Part shown: positions 27,341-34,686 of the stretch, piece after piece
Numbering within the stretch: the first letter of the stretch is position 1
Layout: every line of letters starts with the position of its first letter
Virus record (IMG/VR): IMGVR_UViG_2554235304_000012
Source of the DNA: a virus
Taxonomy: Duplodnaviria; Heunggongvirae; Uroviricota; Caudoviricetes
Direction: 5' to 3' (one strand)
Length of the DNA stretch: 35,661 nucleotides
The notes under the pieces: model-generated
Told to the model about the DNA's origin: nothing
The model's database searches: none
Seen by the model: only the letters and a program-made list of their open reading frames with translations
Translations under genes and position numbers: made by a program

Positions 27341-27718
27341 AAAACCCCCAATAAAACATCAGCTTGTGTAAGCTGGTAACTACATTAATGAAAATCATTG
27401 ACTAATGTTACCACTCTTGCTGGCGTAATTCAAAGAGTATCCTTACTTTTTTACTGTATGGATAATCAGCATAAAATCTATCCAGTTGGGTTACTCGAAC
27501 ATACTGTCAATACTTGTTTCCAACGATTGATCAGTTCTACAGTTTTATCTCCTTCACTTGTGTTGGCAGCATGCTTATTCCTGAACCAGCTCGATTACTT
27601 GGCCATTTGAGAAAGATGTGTAGATCTTCTGATGGTTTGTATTGGAACGGGGTGTATAGTGATTTGCACCCCGTTCTTTATGTTATGGGATTGGTGGCAG
27701 GGCGAATACGCCCTGATG

Positions 27719-28030
27719 TTATTCAGGAAATAACGCCCGGATATTTCCGGCCATCTGACTGGTTATCTGTGCGGTTGATACTGGCTGTGACGCGGGGCGT
27801 TCTGTCTTGGTTTGTGTCACTGATAACACCTCATCATCAGCCCATGCAGCCAGTCGGTAAGCCTCTGCCGGATTCATTTTCAGAAGTGCCAGCCCGGCCA
27901 GAAAAGCCACGCGTTGGCCGCTTTTGCGGGCTTCTGGTGTAAGGCTGTCCAGCCAGGCGCATGCTTCTCCTTCGTTCTTGACGGCGGTGGGCTTCAGATA
28001 GAAACTTATCCGTCTGGTTGGAGTCGTCAT
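27719..28030 (-). CDS. parR: ParR-like centromere-binding adaptor (putative)
   Basis: 103 aa from ATG 28030 with AAGGAG Shine-Dalgarno, immediately downstream of parM as in R1 parMR. N-terminal RISFYL.P ... LDSLTPEARKSGQRVAFLAGLAL weakly resembles R1 ParR (RTIAFKL.P...LDSIPQGERSRLNRAALTAGLAL). Confidence 0.6.
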   Translation of the reverse strand: MTTPTRRISFYLKPTAVKNEGEACAWLDSLTPEARKSGQRVAFLAGLALLKMNPAEAYRLAAWADDEVLSVTQTKTERPASQPVSTAQITSQMAGNIRALFPE

Positions 28031-28034
28031 TGGT

Positions 28035-28994
28035 TTACTCCTTGTCCATTGCGTACAGCCCATTAACCAGAGCAAACTGTGGCACCCCGTCCGCGATGAA
28101 AGTCGCATTAACTCCGCAGGCTTCGCGGATAGCGGGTGCCACAATCTCCGCCCCTCCACCGACAACCATCACCCGCCCGTAACCCGAAAAAACCGCCAGC
28201 GCGCGGATCACGCGTTGTTTCAGTGTTTCCTCCTTTTCACGAATAACTGCCATCAGGCTGGCGTAATGCGCGTCATTGTGGATGTGCTGGCGCAGCCAGG
28301 CTTCATCGTGGCGATGTTCGATAATGGTATTGGCGATGTGGTGACTGGTGCGCATACCGTTGGTGGCCATCACCGACAGCACGGCATCGGCCATCAGAGA
28401 AACGCCTACGTGTGGATCGCAAAACACCTGGCTGATACCTGCCAGTTGCCCCTGAACCTTTGCCACATCCAGCGTGGTTCCGCCCAAATCCACAATCAGC
28501 AGGGATTCAAACGGACTCATGTCAGCCAGTGCTTTAAAGCCAGCCGGAATGGATTCAGGCATAACCCGCACGTTACGGATAGTGAATGCCTCGCCGTTTT
28601 GGTACTCCACCGGGCGCATAACGTTCGCTTTTTTGCGGTTGATGTTGGCCATGTCCGGCTGTGCGTTTGTGTCGAAATACTCGCTCAGTGGCAGGGTGAC
28701 AACCACATCCACCTCCTGTGGCGTGATGCCTGATTTGACCAGCGCATGATGAATGGCAATGACATTCACATCGCTGTACTGGTATTGCGTGTCGGTCGTC
28801 TGGACAAAGCGATCGCTGACCGGATCAAAACCATAGCGCACGCCATCAAGCATGTAGTTCGCGGGCTGCGTGCCACCGAACGGCGCAGACCATTCCGACT
28901 TGAAGCTGTTCGGGCTGATGGCGTTGCGGTGTTCGCCGTTCTCAGTCCATGCCAGCTTGATGTTGGTGGAGCCGTCGTCGATACAAATTTTCAT
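28035..28994 (-). CDS. parM: ParM/StbA actin-like segregation ATPase
   Basis: MKICIDDGSTNIKLAW......ISPNSFK.EW...FG...NY.L.G..Y.FDP.S......T....YSDVNV.A.HHAL..SG....EVD.V.T.PL.E..D.N.QP...NI.RKKAN..R......G..FTI..V.VMPESIPAG...L......SLLI.DLGGTTLD aligns closely with R1 ParM as remembered. Confidence 0.9.
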   Translation of the reverse strand: MKICIDDGSTNIKLAWTENGEHRNAISPNSFKSEWSAPFGGTQPANYMLDGVRYGFDPVSDRFVQTTDTQYQYSDVNVIAIHHALVKSGITPQEVDVVVTLPLSEYFDTNAQPDMANINRKKANVMRPVEYQNGEAFTIRNVRVMPESIPAGFKALADMSPFESLLIVDLGGTTLDVAKVQGQLAGISQVFCDPHVGVSLMADAVLSVMATNGMRTSHHIANTIIEHRHDEAWLRQHIHNDAHYASLMAVIREKEETLKQRVIRALAVFSGYGRVMVVGGGAEIVAPAIREACGVNATFIADGVPQFALVNGLYAMDKE

Positions 28995-29031
28995 GTCGCT
29001 TTTCCTTATGTTGATTAATTAATCGGTTACA

Positions 29032-29134
29032 GGATTTTTAAATCCCGTTTTCGCCTGTTTTGTGCGCGCTTCATATATCGCGGCGCGTTTTTTGCTCATT
29101 TACGGGATTTGTGAATCCCGTTTTTGTCTGTTTT
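29032..29134. repeat. parC-like repeats upstream of parM (two ~30-bp direct repeats, each with an internal inverted repeat)
   Basis: GGATTTTTAAATCCCGTTTTCGCCTGTTTT (29032-29061) and GGGATTTGTGAATCCCGTTTTTGTCTGTTTT (29104-29134). The second copy lies inside the last codons of gene A. Confidence 0.45.
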
Positions 29135-31893
29135 TTGTTTCCACTGGTCAGGCCACCCCGCAGCAGGTCTGCTTTGCGGCGGGCGCGTTCAGTTGTTTCA
29201 CTGATTCTCTGTTCGTGCTCTGCGTCGCGGATGGCGCGCAGCATGTCAGAAAGTACGGTAACGGGTGTTTTCATGGTGTTCTGGTCTTGCTGAAGTGTGG
29301 ATGCCAGGCGTGCGGCGGCTTCAGGGTCTGATGCCCCTAGTTGTTCCAGATAGCTGGCGACCGGGTTATGGCGGATCTCCGTGCTGCTTACGCCGTGGTT
29401 ACGGCTCAGGCGTTGCCAGAGCTGCGTGATTCGGCTGTCCGGGCGGGTATCCGGTTTACGTACAATTTCATATCCCTGCGGTGCAATGATGCTGCCGTCA
29501 ACGTACAGGCTGCCGCCCCGTAACAGGTGCTGCATCTGCTGTTCACCGATATGCAGGCCGAGAGATTCAGCAGACTCCCGCCATTCTTTAGCGAGTAATT
29601 CGTGGTTATCAGGCAAAGGCCGCTGCTGTTTGCGGCTCTGTGTCCAGCTCTGCATTTCATCACTGCTGTTTTTTGCCTGTTTGTCACGAAGCGAACGCAT
29701 CAGCGCCCGGCGTTCGTGCCGTTTCAGTGAGCGCACCCATTCGTTCACTTCAACGCCGTCAGGGAGCTGCGGCCACGGTGCTGGCCGTTCTTCCGGCTGT
29801 TCTGTCCCGTTGTTGTCCGTTTCCTGTACACGGGGACAGTTATTGCCACGAGTCCAAGGGGCGGCAGGGCCGCCCTGAAGGTCAAAACCATTTTCGTGGG
29901 CGCTGCCTTCCTGTTCCGGTTTACGTCTTACCAGCTTCCAGTTATCCGGGTGCGTGCACACACGGGAGGATTCCCCGATGAGTGGTGACCAGATCCCGTA
30001 AATCTGTACACTCTGTTCGCCGTAATCGTTCAGCTCATCGGCGAGGTCGTAGGCGGTGCGAATCAGGTAGTCTTTGCGTGGAACAAGTACACCGCCCTGT
30101 TTCTCTATGTAGGTGGCAAAACATCCGGCATCAGCGGCAGCGAGTACCGCATCCATTGCGTCATCCTTCAGCCGTTGCGGGCCTTCCGGGTTGCGTGCCA
30201 TCTGGCTGGCAAGGCGGCGGAGTTCACGCCACACCTGACGGGAGGGGATGCCAAAGAACTGGAACTGGCGGACCCGGTGAAGGCGTGCCCAACCGATGGC
30301 GCGCTCCACGCTCTCGGCCATTGATTTTCCGGTTTCGTGGTCAACGCGTGGTTTGCCCGTTTTCGGGTCGATGCCATCCACGGCGCGGCTGTCCAGGTTT
30401 TTTCCGATGTAGGTGGCGATGTAGCTGGTTGGCGTGCCTTTGGTGCCGTCGACGTACTCCACCTTAAAGCGCGGAGTAATATCATTGCCCAGCTCGTGGC
30501 GGTCTTCCTGAATGGCAATATCGCGGGTGATGGTCACGATGCTGTCGATTTCTTCCGGATGAGCAAAGACCATCATATGCCAGTGCACGGTGCCGTCATG
30601 GTGAGGCTCCACCGTGCGGATGCCATACCAGCGCAGGCCGTCGCGGTTCAGTTTTTTGCGGACCGCCGCAAAAAACGTGTTAACCAGGTAATCGCTGGAG
30701 TCGCGCATGGTGGCCCCGTTCCATTTGGGGTTCGGATGACCGTTCTCCGTTGTTGCGTGGTATTTTGACGGGCAGGTGACAGTCAGAAACACCGCTCTGT
30801 CGCCACGGGCTTCGGCCAGAAGTTCCAGTCCCTTCATGGTGGCCATCATTTCTGCCTTACGGTGAACCGGGTTACTTACTCCCGCGTAATACACTGTCTC
30901 GAGATCAATCGTGAACCCGTCTTCGTTTTCCAGCATGAAACTTTTCAGGAAATCGCGTGTTTTCTCGCGCTGTGCGCGAAACTCGCTTAACGCGTCCTGG
31001 CTCAGATAGGGCGATGTTTTTCTGGAAACCAGACAGGCGGCGCGGAGTTGTTCTTCTCTCCACTCGCAACGTAACAGCCACAGTTTGCGTTTCCACCATT
31101 CCGCACAGGTCAGGCGAAGGATTGCGCCCGGCAGCAGCTCCGTGTCCGGTTCGTTCCTCCGGTCTTTGTCTGTTGTCAGTGCGTCATAATGTGGAGGCAT
31201 GGCGTGCAGGTGTAACGCCATGCGGGCCAGCATCTGATACGCCTTCAGGGTTACATCCATGGTCAGCTCGCCATCGGTCGCGCCAAAGCCATCGCAGAGT
31301 TTTTCGAAGGTGCTGCTGAACATCGCCGCCGTCATGGTTGCCAGCGTCTTTATCTGGTGTTTGTTGAGCTGCGGCAGGTAAAGCAAATCGTCCAGGCGTT
31401 CGCGTCCGGCAAGGGAGCGATAACCCGGTGTCAGCCAGCGGTGATCGGTGCGCTCCAGACGTTCGAATATTTTGCGCAGGGTCCCACGCGCATAGCGTTC
31501 TGCCTGCCTGGCGTTTTTTCCTTTCTGACGATCGGCTTCCTGTTTTTTGCGCAGGAAGGAGAGGTGGCGAATAAGCGGATCGCGCAGATAGGACGGCAGC
31601 AGGCGCAGCGAGGCCATGGCTTCATCCACCGCGCCGCGTGCCTGTTTTCTGGCGTCTCCTGCCAGTGTGATGGTTTTGTCCTGTTTTTCCTGTGCGTCCA
31701 GGCTTTTATTAATCAGGTTGCCCAGCGGCGTGGCGGAGAACGCCGCATCAGCCATTTCCTGGCGGTGCTCGTTCTCTGCCCGGTAGGCATCCAGCCAGGA
31801 GGAAAGCGCGGATTCAGGAGCGGGGATCCCCGTTCCTTCACGCCCCACTGCGTGGCGCGGTTGTTGCCAGTCCCTGATGTACTCTGCCGTCAT
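29071..31893 (-). CDS. A: Replication initiation protein A (rolling-circle HUH endonuclease family), 940 aa with C-terminal extension
   Basis: Position and orientation as P2 A. A histidine-rich HUH-like motif (PHHDGTVHWHMMVFAHP) consistent with a rolling-circle initiator. Uninterrupted ORF, about 180 aa longer than P2 A (761 aa). Confidence 0.85.
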   Translation of the reverse strand: MTAEYIRDWQQPRHAVGREGTGIPAPESALSSWLDAYRAENEHRQEMADAAFSATPLGNLINKSLDAQEKQDKTITLAGDARKQARGAVDEAMASLRLLPSYLRDPLIRHLSFLRKKQEADRQKGKNARQAERYARGTLRKIFERLERTDHRWLTPGYRSLAGRERLDDLLYLPQLNKHQIKTLATMTAAMFSSTFEKLCDGFGATDGELTMDVTLKAYQMLARMALHLHAMPPHYDALTTDKDRRNEPDTELLPGAILRLTCAEWWKRKLWLLRCEWREEQLRAACLVSRKTSPYLSQDALSEFRAQREKTRDFLKSFMLENEDGFTIDLETVYYAGVSNPVHRKAEMMATMKGLELLAEARGDRAVFLTVTCPSKYHATTENGHPNPKWNGATMRDSSDYLVNTFFAAVRKKLNRDGLRWYGIRTVEPHHDGTVHWHMMVFAHPEEIDSIVTITRDIAIQEDRHELGNDITPRFKVEYVDGTKGTPTSYIATYIGKNLDSRAVDGIDPKTGKPRVDHETGKSMAESVERAIGWARLHRVRQFQFFGIPSRQVWRELRRLASQMARNPEGPQRLKDDAMDAVLAAADAGCFATYIEKQGGVLVPRKDYLIRTAYDLADELNDYGEQSVQIYGIWSPLIGESSRVCTHPDNWKLVRRKPEQEGSAHENGFDLQGGPAAPWTRGNNCPRVQETDNNGTEQPEERPAPWPQLPDGVEVNEWVRSLKRHERRALMRSLRDKQAKNSSDEMQSWTQSRKQQRPLPDNHELLAKEWRESAESLGLHIGEQQMQHLLRGGSLYVDGSIIAPQGYEIVRKPDTRPDSRITQLWQRLSRNHGVSSTEIRHNPVASYLEQLGASDPEAAARLASTLQQDQNTMKTPVTVLSDMLRAIRDAEHEQRISETTERARRKADLLRGGLTSGNKKQTKTGFTNPVNEQKTRRDI

Positions 31894-31899
31894 AGTGAT

Positions 31900-32265
31900 T
31901 TACTTCGTCATGCCATTCAGGGTGTCGCGGCAGACTGTAGCCAGCCGCTGAATTTCCAGCACGGTGTCTTCTGTGTCGGCATGGCGATGTGTGATGCGGA
32001 TGCTGTCGGCAATCACATCGACGATTGCAGAGGATGGGCGCTGGTAAATGCCAATAACGGACGGGGTGCCACCTTCAATGCGGTAAAGCCTGTAATTTCC
32101 CTCGTGGCTGTCAATCATGTAGCGACCATCAATAACAATCTTTCCGTCAGCGAGCTGCGGTACAGGCAGGGATTTCAGGTACATGTCATAACGTTCACGC
32201 ACGCGAACGGCAAGATCACGCTCTGTGTTGAGCAGGTATTCAAGAAAGTCGTTGGCGAGAATCAT
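31900..32265 (-). CDS. Hypothetical early-region protein (121 aa)
   Basis: ORF immediately upstream of A in the early operon. No family recognised. Confidence 0.55.
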   Translation of the reverse strand: MILANDFLEYLLNTERDLAVRVRERYDMYLKSLPVPQLADGKIVIDGRYMIDSHEGNYRLYRIEGGTPSVIGIYQRPSSAIVDVIADSIRITHRHADTEDTVLEIQRLATVCRDTLNGMTK

Positions 32266-32406
32266 TGCGGCAATCCTCTTGTTACAGATGTGCGAAGGCC
32301 TCCCGCCACAAGGTGCAGGAAAGGCCCGGAACAGGAATTAATGGAGTTTGTTTTGCTGCCGGATGAGCTGCTGAAGCCCGACGTGGTTTCCGGCAGTTGG
32401 AGGTGC

Positions 32407-32652
32407 TCATGCTCTGATTTCCCTCAGTAGCTGGTTGAACATCTGGGTTAGTGGGTTGCTACACCCAAACGGCATCGGGTTTACCTGATAAGAAAAGCGA
32501 CCGCCTGTTTTGCGCTCTTTTCTTATGACTGAACCGCTGCGCCAGAGACGGCGTAGCTCCGCATTAATGGTTGTGGTTGGTGTATTCAGTGCTGCGGCGA
32601 TTTCTCCACCGCTACAACCCGGATTGGCAGCGATGTAGTCCAGAATGGTCAT
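32407..32652 (-). CDS. Small putative DNA-binding protein (81 aa, possible winged helix)
   Basis: MTILDYIAANPGCSGGEIAAALNTPTTTINAELRRLWRSG.V.R... has an HTH-like pattern. Early operon position. Confidence 0.55.
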   Translation of the reverse strand: MTILDYIAANPGCSGGEIAAALNTPTTTINAELRRLWRSGSVIRKERKTGGRFSYQVNPMPFGCSNPLTQMFNQLLREIRA

Positions 32653-32852
32653 CTGCGTGACTCCTGTACCTGTCTGATAAGATTCACCTGCACCACGTTG
32701 GTGGCGCAGAAGTAAGTGCCGTCAGTGAGATAGATGTGATGTGCATCCTTTTCTGAACGGTGTTTGTCGATTGTGGTAATCAGGCGTTCGTCAACTTCGT
32801 ATTCACGTCCTCTGGAGGTGAAACGAACGACAGGAAAATGCTTAATTGCCAT
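32649..32852 (-). CDS. Hypothetical small early protein (67 aa)
   Basis: Start set to ATG 32852, which is preceded by a perfect AGGAGG Shine-Dalgarno; the track start at 32903 lacks one. Confidence 0.5.
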   Translation of the reverse strand: MAIKHFPVVRFTSRGREYEVDERLITTIDKHRSEKDAHHIYLTDGTYFCATNVVQVNLIRQVQESRR

Positions 32853-33048
32853 TACGCCTCCTTGGCGTGTGCGAATACCTCCGCGAATGCGGATTGTTTT
32901 CACATTTTCTTATTTAACCTGGGGGCTTATTTGCGCGGTTATTCTTCAGTGAAAAAGCGTTCAATCTTTTTTACTGAATTAATAATTCGCATAATCCCAA
33001 TGGCGCAGACCACCGAAATAATCAGAACAAGCCATGAGATAAATATAC

Positions 33049-33294
33049 TCATGCGATATTTCCCAGCTTATACGGTTCAATATGTTCCCCGCATTCTGCG
33101 GCACAGATCAGCTCGGAAAGTTCGTTAAGTGCATCCAGATCATCAGCGTAAAAAGCCACGTCATACAGACTTCGGATTGCTCTGGTCAATGAGTCACGGG
33201 CCGCACGTTCAGCATGAGCGCCAGATGCACTTAAGCGAAAATAAAAACGCTCAAGTGCTTTGTTAATGAGAGTTTTATATTCTTTGCCCATCAC
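33049..33294 (-). CDS. Hypothetical small early protein (81 aa)
   Basis: ORF in the co-oriented early gene string. No family recognised. Confidence 0.5.
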   Translation of the reverse strand: MMGKEYKTLINKALERFYFRLSASGAHAERAARDSLTRAIRSLYDVAFYADDLDALNELSELICAAECGEHIEPYKLGNIA

Positions 33295-33302
33295 AACGCC
33301 CT

Positions 33303-33590
33303 TTAATCTGCTTTCTGTATTTCAGCTTCTGAATCCATACAAATAATTTCGATATAGGGTTCATCGCCATTAACCTGGCGTGCCTTTTCAGCTTCGCTAA
33401 TGATTTCTCGTACGGTCTGGTACGGAAGTTCCGCAAGCAGTCGCGTGCCGTTCAGATAAACGTAAGTGGCTTCGTCGGCTCCGTTTTTACCCGCCGGAGT
33501 CACTCCGTCAATAGCGGATGCACGTAATAACAGTTCACCGCGAAAATCAATAAAACGGATAAATACACCTTGTGCATGGTCTTTGGTCAT
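33303..33590 (-). CDS. Hypothetical small early protein (95 aa)
   Basis: Start moved to ATG 33590 (MTKDHAQGVFIRF..) to avoid overlap with the upstream gene. Confidence 0.5.
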   Translation of the reverse strand: MTKDHAQGVFIRFIDFRGELLLRASAIDGVTPAGKNGADEATYVYLNGTRLLAELPYQTVREIISEAEKARQVNGDEPYIEIICMDSEAEIQKAD

Positions 33591-33600
33591 AAAGCACCTG

Positions 33601-33939
33601 TTATAAATCAGCCTGTTTAATAAAACTTTGCCCGCGAAGCAGACGATCAACCGTGCGAAGTGCTTCGTATAATGTGAAATCCTGCCCGAACTGATTGTCA
33701 CCACAGCTCAATGCAAAAATGCGGTTTCCGGTAAACGGATTGCGTGGGCATTTGTGGATCACGATTCCAGCTTTCTCAATCAGCCAGGCGTGCTCGCCGA
33801 TTTGTTTTACTGGGTAGCCATCCGGCGTTGCGTGTGTATCACTCAGGCTGTAGCGGATGTTGCTGCGTGATGCACTAGTAGTGAAACGGTTAGCGTGGCG
33901 TTCTGTTCCGGTACGAAAATTACGGCGTTGCTTCAGCAT
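33601..33939 (-). CDS. Hypothetical early protein (112 aa)
   Basis: First gene after cox in the early operon, with a GAGG Shine-Dalgarno. No family recognised. Confidence 0.5.
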   Translation of the reverse strand: MLKQRRNFRTGTERHANRFTTSASRSNIRYSLSDTHATPDGYPVKQIGEHAWLIEKAGIVIHKCPRNPFTGNRIFALSCGDNQFGQDFTLYEALRTVDRLLRGQSFIKQADL

Positions 33940-33953
33940 AAAATGACACCTCG

Positions 33954-34232
33954 TTATTTTGTCATCTGCACGTATTTTTCTGCGCTCCTGATTGTTTTCA
34001 GGAAAAGAGCGAAGAGATTTACTGTGCGTCTTGAGTTCTTTTCATCCTGGTTGATGGGAATTGAACCTCTGTCAGCCTGTCTTTTCACTGTGTTAACAGC
34101 TTGGTTGGTACGCTTTGCGTAATCTTTCAGGCTTTCTTCAAGTACTGGTAACCCATGCTCATCGCGGTAGGGATAGAACGCTGCTAAACGCTCAAAGTCT
34201 GCCTGTTCGTGTGTGTTCAGGACTTTTGCCAT
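33954..34232 (-). CDS. Cox/Apl-like excisionase and early-operon regulator (positional assignment)
   Basis: 92-aa first gene of the early operon, divergent from the C repressor, the same size and position as P2 cox. Sequence similarity to P2 Cox not evident by eye. Confidence 0.5.
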   Translation of the reverse strand: MAKVLNTHEQADFERLAAFYPYRDEHGLPVLEESLKDYAKRTNQAVNTVKRQADRGSIPINQDEKNSRRTVNLFALFLKTIRSAEKYVQMTK

Positions 34233-34270
34233 GTGTGATAACCTGCGCTATCTGTGGTTGTTTGTGACTT

Positions 34271-34318
34271 GGTGTACTTATAAGTACACCTTGCGCGCAA
34301 GCTTAGTGTACTTATAGG
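34271..34318. promoter_or_regulatory. Operator/promoter region of the lysis-lysogeny switch
   Basis: Perfect 20-bp palindrome GGTGTACTTATAAGTACACC (34271-34290) plus a third half-site copy AGTGTACTTATAGG (34305-34318), between the divergent cox-like and C genes. Confidence 0.55.
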
Positions 34319-34328
34319 AACACTGTCA

Positions 34329-34637
34329 ATGCTTATCGGTGAAAAAATTAGAGTGATTCGTGAATCAGAGGATTTAACGCGCGAAGAATTTTGCGGCCTG
34401 ATTGATGTGCCTATCGGCACTTTGCGTCGTTATGAAACGGGGCGGATTGAAAACATAGGGGGCGAAGTGCTTATCAAGATTGTTAATCACCCTCGCTTTT
34501 TTAAGTACATGAATTGGCTTATGACGGGAAAAACAAATGAGGCTGCTGGGCAGATCAGTCCCTCTCTCTCCCCTGATGGGCCAGAAAACACATCGTCTTC
34601 TCAAAAATCCCGCAAGACTGGTACACAGCCCGGTTAA
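34329..34637 (+). CDS. C: Immunity repressor C (P2 C-type)
   Basis: ..EKI...R.SE.L.R.......VP.GTL..YE.GR...........I...P.F.KY..W.MT.......GQI.P.L aligns with P2 C (MSNTISEKIVLMRKSEYLSRQQLADLTGVPYGTLSYYESGR...FTKYTLWFMTNQIAPESGQIAPALAHFG); 102 aa. Confidence 0.85.
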   Translation: MLIGEKIRVIRESEDLTREEFCGLIDVPIGTLRRYETGRIENIGGEVLIKIVNHPRFFKYMNWLMTGKTNEAAGQISPSLSPDGPENTSSSQKSRKTGTQPG

Positions 34638-34686
34638 TCATGGAACGCTGGGGGCATGGTGGTCTTGTAACGCTGGGGTTTCACGA

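Noticed and set aside
27398-27942. Plus-strand ORFs 27398..27610 and 27514..27942 in the ATPase-parR spacer
   Set aside because: They lie in an AT-rich intergenic region and overlap parR in antisense; no ribosome-binding sites or motifs. The region is more likely promoter and terminator sequence.
28215-28733. 172-aa ORF antisense to parM
   Set aside because: Embedded in the strongly supported parM frame; His/Gln-rich composition typical of antisense frames.
31357-32430. 357-aa ORF on the plus strand across the A 5' end and the upstream small gene
   Set aside because: Antisense to the well-supported early operon, and spans an intergenic gap; no recognisable motifs.
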